DNA of 63,974 bases, filler included, from Actinomycetota bacterium (lineage in GTDB: Bacteria; Actinomycetota; CADDZG01; JAHWKV01; JAOPZY01), in NCBI GenBank assembly GCA_025963875.1. It is 8 parts of 8 records of this genome, joined end to end, with 100 filler letters (N's around TTAATTAATTAA, not from the genome) between each part and the next. Parts side by side here need not be neighbours in the genome. Positions count along the whole stretch, not along the records: positions 1 to 8,580 come from JAOPZY010000113.1; positions 8,681 to 19,794 come from JAOPZY010000122.1; 6 more parts are not named here. One strand, given 5' to 3'. The number at the start of each line of letters is the position of its first letter. The stretch's first letter is position 1. The notes under the pieces were generated by a model. The model saw nothing but the letters and a program-made list of their open reading frames with translations, did not search any database and was not told the DNA's origin. Below, in pieces: positions 1 to 9,478 of this stretch. The position numbers and the translations under genes were made by a program.

Positions 1-368
1 GTCCCGACGCCTGAGCCGACCCCGTACTCGCGGCCGACGTCACCGGGCGGCCCGGAGGCATCGGCAAAGCTGTCGATCCGGGCCGGACGGCCCGTCTGGA
101 AAACGAGCGTGCTGACGTTCTTCCCCCCAAGGCTCCACCGGCGCCCAACGGGAACGTGGTGGCCTGTCCTGCCCCAGACGGCGACGATGATCGCCCCGTC
201 GGGCTCGTAGCGGCCCAGGCTCGCGTACTCGACGGACATCAGCCGGCCGGCCTCCTCGGTGACCGCCGCGAACAGCTCCTCCGGCGCCACCCCGCGCGCC
301 ACCAGCGTCGCGACCCGCCGCAACGCCGCCTGCTCCTCGGCCAGCACACGCAACTGCTCACCGCTCAA
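1..368 (-). CDS. GAF-domain sensor protein / histidine kinase N-terminus (runs off window edge)
   Basis: Manual minus-strand translation EEQAALRRVATLVARGVAPEELFAAVTEEAGRL...TGRPARID, typical of actinobacterial GAF sensor kinases; not in ORF track; TTG start uncertain. Confidence 0.7.
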   Translation of the reverse strand, partial: MSGEQLRVLAEEQAALRRVATLVARGVAPEELFAAVTEEAGRLMSVEYASLGRYEPDGAIIVAVWGRTGHHVPVGRRWSLGGKNVSTLVFQTGRPARIDSFADASGPPGDVGREYGVGSGVG

Positions 369-552
369 CGGCGCTCGCCATCCCCTCGATCGCGCGCCAC
401 ACGTAGAAGCGCCAGGCGCACAACCATTTATTAAAGAACTCTATCCATCCAAGACCCCCCAACCGGTGTACGGGCGTTTCCCCCGATGGTAGCGTCCGCA
501 ATAACAGCAGGGCGCCGGTCTAGGCGCCCCATCAGAGCCGGGGGGCTTGATC

Positions 553-1551
553 ATGAGTATTGGTGGGAAAAGGCTGAATGCCGTCCGCAGCAAGTACGTT
601 CGCCCGTGGGGTCGGGGGCCCGGTAGAAGGCTTCTCACCCGGCTCGCTGTCCTTCCGGTTGCCGCGCTCGGCGCGGTCGCGCTGGTGGCCCCGCCTGCCA
701 GCGCCGCTGCGTCGTGCACGACGAACTGCACGGTGTGGAACCCGGCGACGCAGCCTACGGGGCAATTGCCCTACAACGACGGCAAGTCCGTCGAACTGGG
801 GCTCAAGTTCCACTCGGACATCAACGGGACCGTGCAGGGGGTCCGCTTCTACAAGGCCCCGTCGGAGGGAGGCTCCCACCTTGGGCACCTGTGGAGCGCC
901 ACGGGCACCCAGCTCGCCGAGGTGACGTTCTCCGAGACCGCGTCCGGCTGGCAGCAGGCGACCTTCCCCGCCCCCGTGGCCATCACGGCCGGTACGGACT
1001 ACTGGATCTCCGAGTTCGCGAGCGACGGCAACTACATCGCGACGACCATGTGGCCATATCCACAGGACAACTCGCCGTTGCACGGGACCGCCGCCGCCTA
1101 CCACTACTTCGGAGGATTCCCCGACACGCCCTCGGCGAACAATGCGAACTACTGGGTCGACGTCGTGTTCCAACCGGCGATCGCCGACGTGTCGATCACG
1201 AATCAGGCGCCCCCCCTTGTCCTCCTGGGTGACCGGATCACCTACAGCATCGGCGTGCGCAATGCCGGGCCCGCAACCGCCACGGGCGTGACGGTCACCG
1301 ATCCGATGCCGAGCGGCTCCACGTTCGTCTCGGCGTCCTCGTCCCAGGGCACGTGCTCCCAGGCGCAGGGGAAGGTGACGTGCTCGCTCGGATCCCTCGC
1401 TCCGGGCGCCACCGCCACCGTCACCATCAAGACCGACCCCAAGCTGCTCGGCCGGGTGAACGACACCGCCACCGTGCATGCGACGGAGATGGACCCCAAT
1501 CCAGCCAACAACTCCGCAACCGCCAGCACTACGGTGCTGCTGTCGCTGTAA
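553..1551 (+). CDS. Secreted protein with DUF4082 and DUF11 (Ig-like) domains
   Basis: Signal peptide ending ASAAA; VELGLKF...GVRFYK...NYWVDVVF (DUF4082); ITYSIGVRNAGPATATGVTVTDPMP...DPNPANN (DUF11). Confidence 0.8.
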   Translation: MSIGGKRLNAVRSKYVRPWGRGPGRRLLTRLAVLPVAALGAVALVAPPASAAASCTTNCTVWNPATQPTGQLPYNDGKSVELGLKFHSDINGTVQGVRFYKAPSEGGSHLGHLWSATGTQLAEVTFSETASGWQQATFPAPVAITAGTDYWISEFASDGNYIATTMWPYPQDNSPLHGTAAAYHYFGGFPDTPSANNANYWVDVVFQPAIADVSITNQAPPLVLLGDRITYSIGVRNAGPATATGVTVTDPMPSGSTFVSASSSQGTCSQAQGKVTCSLGSLAPGATATVTIKTDPKLLGRVNDTATVHATEMDPNPANNSATASTTVLLSL

Positions 1552-1554
1552 CTG

Positions 1555-2346
1555 TCACGAGGTTGTTGCGTACCTGACCTCCAGAAGCGAGAACACCCCG
1601 AAGGCGGCGAGGCCTCCGGCCATCACTGCCAGCAGCAGCGGGCCAAAGGGCTCGGCGGCGAGCGACTTGAGCACGCCGTCGATGCCCTTGGCGTGCTGGG
1701 GGTCGAACGTCACGGATGCCTGGACGACGAAGTAGCCGATCAGGGTGAAGATGGCGCCGCGGGCCGTCATGCCCACGACGCCGAGGGTCTCGACGATGCG
1801 GCGCGCCGCCGCCGGAGCAGAGCTCAGGTCGACCTCCCGGTCGTAGGACTTCCGGAGGCCCTTGACGAAGAGGACGACGCCCCCGACCCCGAATCCCACC
1901 CCGGCGGCTCCGACCAGGAGACGGCCGCCGGCGGCGCGCATGACCTGGGCGGTGACGTCGACCACCTCCTTGTTGCCGCCGCCCACCGGCTCGTGCAGTG
2001 CCACAGCGACGGCGGTCCCGGCAAGCCCGGCGTAGACCAGGGCCTTCCCGGCGGCGACGAGACGGTCGGCCGCGGACTCCCGCGAGCGGGAGGCGATCAT
2101 GGCCTCGAGGGCCGCAAGTGCTGCGAAGCCCACGACGATCCCGATCATGAGCAAGCGTCCCAGTGGTTGGCGGGCAATGCTCTCCAGGGCTCCGGAGGTG
2201 TCGGCGGGCCCGCCAGGGCGCCCATCTGCGATCTCCGCGGCGAGCAGGGCCGTGGCGAGGTAGACGAGCCCTCGGCACGCCAGCCCGAAGCGGGCGAACG
2301 CCCGCACCCAGCGCTTGGCTGCCTGCTTCGTGGAGGCGGCGGTCAC
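1555..2346 (-). CDS. DUF1206 family membrane protein
   Basis: ARFGLACRGLVY, GALESIARQPLG, GIDGVLKSLAAEPFG motifs; GTG start overlaps the upstream gene's stop (GTGA). Confidence 0.8.
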   Translation of the reverse strand: MTAASTKQAAKRWVRAFARFGLACRGLVYLATALLAAEIADGRPGGPADTSGALESIARQPLGRLLMIGIVVGFAALAALEAMIASRSRESAADRLVAAGKALVYAGLAGTAVAVALHEPVGGGNKEVVDVTAQVMRAAGGRLLVGAAGVGFGVGGVVLFVKGLRKSYDREVDLSSAPAAARRIVETLGVVGMTARGAIFTLIGYFVVQASVTFDPQHAKGIDGVLKSLAAEPFGPLLLAVMAGGLAAFGVFSLLEVRYATTS

Positions 2347-3158
2347 ATGAGATCGACCAACAGCGACAGACACGTCGGGCTGCCGTCGGCGAGCTCGAAC
2401 TCGTCGAGAGCGGTGGCGTGGACCTCGAACCCCCGGGCCTCGAGCTCGCGGTGGACGGGGTGGCCGCCGGCGGCGATGACGAACCGGCCGATGGCGACGA
2501 CATTGCCGGCCTCCCGGTCGTCGTCCGGCACGACCACGCGGTCCAAGCCCTCGAATGCCGGCTGGGCCACCACCTCCTCCGGCCCCAGGACCACCCCGTC
2601 GCCCACGCCGGTCGCGGCGGTCTGGAGGTGCAGTGCCCACGAGGGGACCTCGGCGGTGCGGACCTCGCAGCCGAGCGGCTCGGCGAAACGCCGCAGCGCC
2701 TCGATGCCCTCATCGTTCGTGCGGCGCGAGCGACCCACGACGATGCGCCGGCCGATCCGCAGGAGATCGCCGCCCTCCAGCGTCCCGGGGGCCTGCACGG
2801 CGTCGATCAACTGGACCAGGGGGTTTGGGGGAGCTACTCCCCCAAGGAGGAGGGGCTCCAGGACTTTTGCGATGGCCTCTTCCTCGCCACGGCGTGACTG
2901 CGCCCCGAACCTCCCCAGCAGGGCCCTGCCCTCGACGACGATCGCCGGGTCCTGGGTGAAGCAGGCGTCGGGATGCGCCTCATCGGGAGCAAGCTCAATG
3001 ACCTCGACGCCCGCCGCCTCCAGCAGGCGGCAGTAGGCCGCATGCTGGGCCCGGGCTCGCTGCGGGTCGATACGCTCGCGCTCCGGGTGCCTCGACTCCG
3101 CTCGGACGAAGGAGTCTCCCGGGGGCCGGACGATCGCGACGGTACGCCGTCCCGTCAC
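2343..3158 (-). CDS. Dimethylarginine dimethylaminohydrolase (amidinotransferase/pentein family)
   Basis: ARAQHAAY, PDACFTQD, SRRGEE, LEGGD, RTNDEG, LHL and GSPTCLS catalytic Cys motifs. Confidence 0.85.
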   Translation of the reverse strand: MTGRRTVAIVRPPGDSFVRAESRHPERERIDPQRARAQHAAYCRLLEAAGVEVIELAPDEAHPDACFTQDPAIVVEGRALLGRFGAQSRRGEEEAIAKVLEPLLLGGVAPPNPLVQLIDAVQAPGTLEGGDLLRIGRRIVVGRSRRTNDEGIEALRRFAEPLGCEVRTAEVPSWALHLQTAATGVGDGVVLGPEEVVAQPAFEGLDRVVVPDDDREAGNVVAIGRFVIAAGGHPVHRELEARGFEVHATALDEFELADGSPTCLSLLVDLM

Positions 3159-3171
3159 GGGGCCGCTGCGA

Positions 3172-4299
3172 TCACGGCGCCAACGCCGGCGGCGCCTTGG
3201 CGGCGCGGAACACCATGATGTCGCCGTAGCCGAGCCGCCCGACCAGCGACCGCAGTTCGCTCAGGTCGGCCTCGAGCGCCATGGCTTCGGTGTGCCGCCC
3301 CTCCGCCGTGGCCCGGTCGGCGGCCCGCTCCAGGCCCTCGGCCAGCTCCCCGTGGCCGAGGGAGGCGAGCCAGTCACGCTGGGAGCAGTAGAGCTGGGGC
3401 TCGAAGCCGTGCCGGCGCGCAGCCCGCTCCACCGCAGAGAAGTTGACCTCGGCCGTCACGTCCCGCAGGCCGGGATCGGCAAGCGGGTCCTCCCCGAAGC
3501 CGTCCGGCCCGTAGGTGACGATCGTGCCGCGGGGGTTGCGCAGCCAGAGGTCGGGCTCGACGTCACCGTAGTCCACGATCAACAGATACCCGCCGGCGAC
3601 CGCCGCAGCGGCCTCCCCCATCCACCCCTCGACGCCCACGCTGACCTCCAGGCGGTGGCCGGGGGGCAGCCAGGACGCCGCGGCCTGGGCGGCGGTGATG
3701 AGGGCCGGGTCGGAGAGCGGCCCAAGGTGCTCGACCAGCCGGCCGCCCTCCGCCGCCACGTACACCTCGCAGACGTCGCCCGACTCCGTCACCTCGAGCA
3801 CGTGCACGGGGAAGTTGTCCAACACCTCGTGGGCGATAACACACCCACATCCCACCTGGTTGTGCGAGTCGGGCCCGAGCTGCTGCGACCATTCGGCCGA
3901 GGCCGCCAGCGCACCGAGCCGCCGGCGCTGCAGCTCGGAAATCTCCTCGAAATGCTCGACGAATCGCCACCGCAGCGACGCTCCGAAGTCTCCGAGATCA
4001 CCGGCGCACGCCAGGACGCCGGCGGCGAGGTCGGCGCGGCCGGCCCCCACCTCGACGACGGTGAACCGATCGGGCCTCCCCATCGCCTCCCACATGCCGT
4101 TGAGCTCGCGCGCGACCAGCCTGCCGAACCACGGCGTCAGGGACGGGGACGTGCCGTAGTCCCCGCCCGAGCCAGGCACCCGGGTGGCGTAGTAGCCGCC
4201 CTGGGGGTGGTACAGAGCGAGGCGCATGAAGGCCTCGAACGGGAGGGGGCCGCCGGCGCGGATGCGTTCGTGGACCTCCTCCAGCACTGGCCGCATCAT
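3172..4299 (-). CDS. SAM-dependent methyltransferase, MidA/NDUFAF7 (DUF185) family
   Basis: FMRLALYHPQGGYY, DYGTSP, VVEVGAG, HEVLDNFP, DYG, DVTAEVNF motifs. Confidence 0.9.
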   Translation of the reverse strand: MMRPVLEEVHERIRAGGPLPFEAFMRLALYHPQGGYYATRVPGSGGDYGTSPSLTPWFGRLVARELNGMWEAMGRPDRFTVVEVGAGRADLAAGVLACAGDLGDFGASLRWRFVEHFEEISELQRRRLGALAASAEWSQQLGPDSHNQVGCGCVIAHEVLDNFPVHVLEVTESGDVCEVYVAAEGGRLVEHLGPLSDPALITAAQAAASWLPPGHRLEVSVGVEGWMGEAAAAVAGGYLLIVDYGDVEPDLWLRNPRGTIVTYGPDGFGEDPLADPGLRDVTAEVNFSAVERAARRHGFEPQLYCSQRDWLASLGHGELAEGLERAADRATAEGRHTEAMALEADLSELRSLVGRLGYGDIMVFRAAKAPPALAP

Positions 4300-4466
4300 C
4301 GTCGCTTCCGGCCCGCAACATTAGAAATATTTAACGTAGTCATCTTTTCTCAAGAGATAGCCGATAACAGAACCTAGATTAACGAGTCGAAACAGATTCG
4401 TAACATTTGTATTGCAACAGAGTTTTGCCAGTTTCCGGACGGGTGGGCGGACGGGAGGCAGCATCC

Positions 4467-5576
4467 ATGATGAACTTTCGCGAGCATCCGGCGCCGTGGC
4501 GGCGGCTCGACATCCCAACCACGGTCATCAGCCCAGCCATCAGCCCCGCCCCCCGCGACGCCTGGGAAGTGGTGCTGCGCTCCGACCCCAACGCATTGGA
4601 ATCACAGTCGGCGGCCTGGACGGACGCCGCCTGCGCCACCGGATCCTTCGAGGACGCCAGCCGGCTGTACGAGACCGTCGACGGACGCCTGCTCGTCCTC
4701 CCGATGCTGCGCCGGCGACACACGATCGGAGCCCTGTCGGTGGAGGCCTCGAATCCTCCCGGCTGGGGCGTCGGTGGCCTGCTCGCGCCGGGCGGCCCCA
4801 CGCCGGCCGAGGTGGCGACCGTGTTCAGCGAGCTCGCCGCACGCCGGGTTCTGACGCAGCGCCTCTGGCCGAACCCGCTGGCGGCGGCGTCGTGGGAAGC
4901 AGGGGCGCCAGCGAAGGCCAAGGCCACCGAGCGCGTCGCCCATCTCATCGACCTGGCCGGCGGCTTTGATCACGTGTGGTCGAAGCTTGCCCAGAAGTCG
5001 TCTCGCCGGGGGGCCCGCCATGCGGAGCGTGAGGGCGTCACGGTCGAGTGCGACAACACCGGACGCCTGATCCCCGAGTTCTACGGCCTCCACTGCCAGG
5101 CAGTGAACCGCTGGTCCCACCTCCAGCACGAGCCCGAGTGGATGGCGCTCCGGCGTCACCGGCACAACGACCCCCCGGAGAAGTTCGAGGCCATCGCCCA
5201 CTGTCTCGGGGAGCGCTGCCAGGTGTGGGTCGCCCGGATCGGGCGGACACCCATCGCCTCGATGATCGTCCTGCAGGGCAACAACGCCTACGACTTCCGC
5301 GCCGCGATGAACGAGGACTACACGAGCTACCGGGCCAACGACCTGCTGCTGCGCCTCGCCATCTCTGACGCCTGCAGCGCCGGGTGCGGCTTCTACTACC
5401 TCGGGGACTCCGGCCACTCGGTCTCGCTGGCGCGGTTCAAGGAGCGCTTCGGTGCCAGGCCGTACGACTACGCCGAGTACCTGCTCGAGCGGCTGCCGAT
5501 CTCCACGGCGGAGCGGAGCCTGAAGCGGGCGGTGAAGCGGGCGGTCGGCTTCCGCGATTCGGGCCTGATCGGCTGA
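4467..5576 (+). CDS. GNAT/FemAB-like (CelD/BcsL-type) acyltransferase
   Basis: HLIDLAGGFDHVW, RRGARHAEREGV, ANDLLLRLAISDAC, LARFKERFGA. Confidence 0.75.
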   Translation: MMNFREHPAPWRRLDIPTTVISPAISPAPRDAWEVVLRSDPNALESQSAAWTDAACATGSFEDASRLYETVDGRLLVLPMLRRRHTIGALSVEASNPPGWGVGGLLAPGGPTPAEVATVFSELAARRVLTQRLWPNPLAAASWEAGAPAKAKATERVAHLIDLAGGFDHVWSKLAQKSSRRGARHAEREGVTVECDNTGRLIPEFYGLHCQAVNRWSHLQHEPEWMALRRHRHNDPPEKFEAIAHCLGERCQVWVARIGRTPIASMIVLQGNNAYDFRAAMNEDYTSYRANDLLLRLAISDACSAGCGFYYLGDSGHSVSLARFKERFGARPYDYAEYLLERLPISTAERSLKRAVKRAVGFRDSGLIG

Positions 5577-5578
5577 CG

Positions 5579-5923
5579 TCAGACTGCTGTCGGATGCCGC
5601 GGCTCGTAGAGCATCACATCGACGTCGCCGGGCAGCACCATGGTCGTAACGATGCCGAAGCGTTCCTCGTGGGGCTCGTCGCGGAACTGGACGCCCTTGG
5701 CCCGCAGATCGGCCACCGTGGCGTCGATGTCGTCGCACATCAGCGTGAGCTGGTGGGACGGCTGCTCCGCCGGATGCACCGCCAGCTCCGCAGGCGGGAG
5801 GGCGAAGATCAGCCAGCCACCCCCGGCGTCGACACTGTCCCAGCCCATGACGTCGTTCAGGACCGCCCGCAGGGCGCCGGCCTCCGGCGAGTGCAGCAGG
5901 ACGTGGGCACCCGTGATGGCCAT
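5579..5923 (-). CDS. VOC/glyoxalase family protein
   Basis: ITGAHVLL, VDAGGGWLIFALPPAELAVHP, MCDDIDATVADL. Confidence 0.85.
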   Translation of the reverse strand: MAITGAHVLLHSPEAGALRAVLNDVMGWDSVDAGGGWLIFALPPAELAVHPAEQPSHQLTLMCDDIDATVADLRAKGVQFRDEPHEERFGIVTTMVLPGDVDVMLYEPRHPTAV

Positions 5924-5934
5924 GACCCCCGCCC

Positions 5935-6354
5935 TCAGCCCTTGGGCTCGAGCACGACCACCGGGATGGTGCGGCTCGTCTGCTGCGCGTACTCGGCGAA
6001 CTGGGGGTACTCCTTCGCCTGCCTGGCGTAGATAGCTTCACGCTCCTCAGGAGTGGCCACCCGTGCCGTCACGTCGACGGCGTCGGTGCCGACCTCAATC
6101 GAGCAGATCGGGTTCGCCTTCAGGTTGTGGAACCAGTCCGGGTTGCGGGGGGCTCCGCCCTTGGAGGCGAAGACCACGTAGTTGTCGCCTTCCTTCCGGT
6201 ACATGAGCGGGTTGACCCGCTCCGTGCCGCTCTTGGCGCCGGCGTGGTGGAGAAGCAGGACCGGCTTGCCCTCAAAGAATCCGCCCACCTTGCCTTCGTT
6301 GGTTCGGAACTCCTTGATGATCGACGTGTTCCAGTCGTTGGGGTTCGTAGCCAC
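5935..6354 (-). CDS. F420-dependent (deazaflavin) nitroreductase, Ddn family
   Basis: NTSIIKEFRTNEGKVGG, GAKSG, ASKGGAPRNPDWFHNL, RTIPVVVL. Confidence 0.9.
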   Translation of the reverse strand: MATNPNDWNTSIIKEFRTNEGKVGGFFEGKPVLLLHHAGAKSGTERVNPLMYRKEGDNYVVFASKGGAPRNPDWFHNLKANPICSIEVGTDAVDVTARVATPEEREAIYARQAKEYPQFAEYAQQTSRTIPVVVLEPKG

Positions 6355-6419
6355 AACTCCTCCTTCTCTTCGCCTTCTCTTCGCCCGAATGGACAACCAC
6401 CAAGGATATCCCGCAGGGC

Positions 6420-6626
6420 CTACGGCGGCTCCGGGACGTAGTGACGGGAGCCGTCGACGGGGTCGACCCAGACCCGCATGATGCGCCCGGTGGACGGGTC
6501 GCGGAACGACTCCTCGGTGGGAACCCAGCCCGGCGCAGCCACCGGGCTCTCGCCGTGGCGGCGCAGGCCGATCCAGCCCACCACCGCGATCACGGCGATG
6601 GCCAGCACGATGACGAGGCCGATCAC
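6420..6626 (-). CDS. Small single-TM hypothetical protein
   Basis: N-terminal TM helix then PGWVPTEESFRDPSTGRIMRVW; GTGA-coupled to the upstream YbjQ gene. Confidence 0.7.
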   Translation of the reverse strand: MIGLVIVLAIAVIAVVGWIGLRRHGESPVAAPGWVPTEESFRDPSTGRIMRVWVDPVDGSRHYVPEPP

Positions 6627-7003
6627 GTGCGCTGGCTCACCACGACGGCCGTGCCGTAGGCCACGATCTCGGTGAGGCTCTCGCCGATCTCCGAGGAGTC
6701 GAAGCGCATGCCGACGACGGCGTTGGCCCCCATGATGCGGGCGTTCTCGATCATCCGGTCCATGGCGTGGCGCCGGCTGTCCTCCAGCAGCTCGGTGTAC
6801 TGGGTGACCTCGCCGCCCTTGATGGTCTTGAACGCGGCGCCGAGGCCCTTGAGCGCCCCCATGCTACGGACGATCAGGCCGAAGCAGCTCCCGACGTAGC
6901 GGTCGATCTTCCATTCGGGGAACTCGAAGGTGGTGGTGACCGGCAGCGCGGCGTGGGCGGGGGGGGCGCCGGTGGAGCCCCGTTGGTCCTGCGGCTGGCT
7001 CAT
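6623..7003 (-). CDS. YbjQ/UPF0145 family protein
   Basis: GGEVTQYTELLEDSRRHAMDRM, GANAVVGMRFD, AYGTAV. Confidence 0.9.
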   Translation of the reverse strand: MSQPQDQRGSTGAPPAHAALPVTTTFEFPEWKIDRYVGSCFGLIVRSMGALKGLGAAFKTIKGGEVTQYTELLEDSRRHAMDRMIENARIMGANAVVGMRFDSSEIGESLTEIVAYGTAVVVSQRT

Positions 7004-7143
7004 GGTGGGCCTCCTCTCGGTTGGTGCTCAACGATACGGCGAGCGGACGGTCACCCAGTTTCCGTCAAAAGGGCCCGCCAGCACACTTTTTGACGGAATC
7101 TGCGAAAGACATCGTGGCGCACTGGGGCGGATAGCCTGGAGAC

Positions 7144-7758
7144 ATGAGCCTGTCGATCCTGCTGTCCGCGTTTGCCCTGGGGCTTGTGCTCGCCAGCTCG
7201 CCCGGGCCCGTGCAGGCGGTGCTCCTCGCCGAGTCCGCCCGGGGCGGGCGACGCCGGGGGTTTGCCGCCATGCTGGGCGCCAACGCCACGTTTGCCGCCC
7301 TGCTTGTGGCCCTTGCCGGGGGCCTGGCGCTCGTGGCGCCGACGGGCGCGGCGGCCCGCTTCATCCGCCTGGGCGGCGGCATCTTCCTCCTGCTGCTCGC
7401 CGCCGACACCTGGCGCGGCGCCACACGGCGGCAGGCCGACGTGGCGCGGCACGGGCTGGCGCCGGGGCCCAGGGGCGTGCTGGCGGTACTCCTCAATCCG
7501 GGGGCGTGGATCTTCCTGGGAACCACCGCCGCGGCCCTCATGGCCGATGCCCTCCGCCGCGGAGGCCGCGGCTTCGCCTTCCTCACCGCCGCGGCCATGA
7601 CGGCCGGCATTGCCGTCATCGACGGGGCCTTCGTGCTGCTCGCCTCGGAGGGCCGGACACGGCTCGGCGCTCTCGGCGGCGCCCGCCTCGCCTACGTCCT
7701 CGCGGCCGCGCTGGCCTTGTTCGGGATCGTCTTCATCGCCTCGGCGGCCCTGGGGTAA
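7144..7758 (+). CDS. LysE family translocator
   Basis: SPGPVQAVLL, LLNPGAWIF, multiple TM segments. Confidence 0.8.
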   Translation: MSLSILLSAFALGLVLASSPGPVQAVLLAESARGGRRRGFAAMLGANATFAALLVALAGGLALVAPTGAAARFIRLGGGIFLLLLAADTWRGATRRQADVARHGLAPGPRGVLAVLLNPGAWIFLGTTAAALMADALRRGGRGFAFLTAAAMTAGIAVIDGAFVLLASEGRTRLGALGGARLAYVLAAALALFGIVFIASAALG

Positions 7759-7848
7759 GCGCCTCCCCGGCCGGACGTTGGGGCCCGGGCGCGCACTGGC
7801 GCGCGCTGGACTCCTAAGGTTCCGCCCGCATCAGGCCGGCAGGCCGCA

Positions 7849-8580
7849 TCAGGCCTGGAGACGCTCGTGGACGAGGCGGACCGACATGGCGCCTTCGCCG
7901 GCGGCCGAGGCGAGGCGCTTGACCGACCCGCTGCGCACGTCTCCGGCGGCGAAGACCCCCGGGCGGCTGGTCTCGAGAAGGAGCGGTGTGCCGCCGTTGC
8001 CTTCGGCGGAGGAGGCCGCTGCCTCGCCGGTGAGGACGAAGCCATGGTCATCGAGAGCCAGTTCGCCGTTCAGCCACGCCGTCTGCGGCTCGGTGCCGAT
8101 GAAGACGAAGAGCGCCCGGACGGGCAACCTGGTCCGCTCGCCGGTAGTCGTGTCCTCCACGACCAACAACTCCAGGACGTCGTCGCCGACCAGCTCCCGG
8201 ACCTCCGCGTTGTGGTGGACCTCGATCTTGGGGTTCTGTTCGATCTGATCGACGAGATACCGCGACATGTCCCGGCCGAGTTCGTCATGGCGAATGAGCA
8301 GGTGGACCTTCGTCGCCGCGGTCGAGAGGCTGACCGCCGCCTGCCCTGCCGAGTTGCCTCCTCCCACGACCGCGACCGGAGCGCCGCGGCAGACCTGGAC
8401 CTCAGCCTCGGTCGCGGCGTAGTGGACGGATATCCCCTCGAAGCGCTCGAGACCGGGCACGTCCAGCCTGCGGTAGCGCGCGCCGGTCGAGATCAGGACC
8501 GCACGGGACGTGATCGTCGTGCCGTCGTCGAGGTGGACGACCTGGTAGCCGTCCCGGGTCCCCAGCCCCCTGGCTTCCGC
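7849..8580 (-). CDS. Thioredoxin-reductase-like FAD oxidoreductase, C-terminal part (5' cut by contig break)
   Basis: VVGGGNSAGQAA, MSRYL, ETSRPGVFAAGDVRSGSVKR. Confidence 0.85.
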   Translation of the reverse strand, partial: AEARGLGTRDGYQVVHLDDGTTITSRAVLISTGARYRRLDVPGLERFEGISVHYAATEAEVQVCRGAPVAVVGGGNSAGQAAVSLSTAATKVHLLIRHDELGRDMSRYLVDQIEQNPKIEVHHNAEVRELVGDDVLELLVVEDTTTGERTRLPVRALFVFIGTEPQTAWLNGELALDDHGFVLTGEAAASSAEGNGGTPLLLETSRPGVFAAGDVRSGSVKRLASAAGEGAMSVRLVHERLQA

Positions 8581-8680
8581 NNNNNNNNNNNNNNNNNNNN
8601 NNNNNNNNNNNNNNNNNNNNNNNNTTAATTAATTAANNNNNNNNNNNNNNNNNNNNNNNNNNNNNNNNNNNNNNNNNNNN
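8581..8680. other. Artificial contig spacer; identical spacers at 19795-19894, 26448-26547, 31530-31629, 37280-37379, 44618-44717, 61120-61219
   Basis: 100-nt block of Ns with central TTAATTAATTAA (stops in all six frames); genes are cut at the edges. Confidence 0.98.
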
Positions 8681-8994
8681 CCCTGCGGCTTCACGCGACC
8701 GAGCACCTTCACCTCCGGGGGAGTCATGAACTACGGTGCTGTGATTCTCCCCCGCCCAGCCGCCGATCGCGAGCATCGCGGCCGACTTTATGCCGGCTCA
8801 CCTAGGCTCCCAACCTCCTCCTCCGGCCCCCCGAATGGCCCGGAGCTCCCGAGAAGCCATACTGCCGAGACTCGCCGTTTTGCGACAGCCTCCATGTGGG
8901 GGAAATCTCTGCCATCACGACCCTCGAGCGCCGGACAGTCGGAGGGCCGCTGGGTTCGTTAGCGTTGGCCGGATCGGGGCATAACGACACCGCT

Positions 8995-9339
8995 ATGGCT
9001 GCGAGGGGTGACGAGCAGGCGAACTTCCCGGCGACTCCTCCGCCGGAGCTCAAGGTCGGCCGGACCCGTACCAGCGGGGCGTGGGTGGTGGTCATCTTTG
9101 CTCTGCTCGTCGGCCTGCTCATGCTGGTCTTTATCCTGCAGAACGGCACGAGCCAACGCATGGCGTTCCTCTGGCTGCACTTCACCGTGCCCCTGGGCGT
9201 CGGCTTCCTGCTTGCCGCGATTTTGGGCGGTCTGGTTGTGGTGCTCATCGGAGTCGCTCGTATTACCCAGATCCGCCTGGTGGCCCGGCGCCACGTTCGG
9301 GCCGAGCATACCCAGGCAACGACGCCGCCTCCCAGCTAG
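8995..9339 (+). CDS. LapA/DUF1049 family membrane protein
   Basis: RTRTSGAW...LVFILQN...PLGVGFLLAAILG...RITQIR. Confidence 0.85.
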   Translation: MAARGDEQANFPATPPPELKVGRTRTSGAWVVVIFALLVGLLMLVFILQNGTSQRMAFLWLHFTVPLGVGFLLAAILGGLVVVLIGVARITQIRLVARRHVRAEHTQATTPPPS

Positions 9340-9478
9340 CTCCGAGACCTCTGCTGAGGCATCCTGCTGGGCGATTCCAGGCTCCCGACTGTGGGGATTG
9401 AATCCTGGCAGGCCGGTGGCCGGGGGCCTGCCGCCGTACGGGCCGGAGCGGATCGTGCGGGGGGCGTTTGGCGGTGCT

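Noticed and set aside
8581..8680. Seven recurring N-blocks with TTAATTAATTAA, superficially like a repeat array
   Set aside because: Artificial contig linkers; gene adjacency across them carries no biological meaning.
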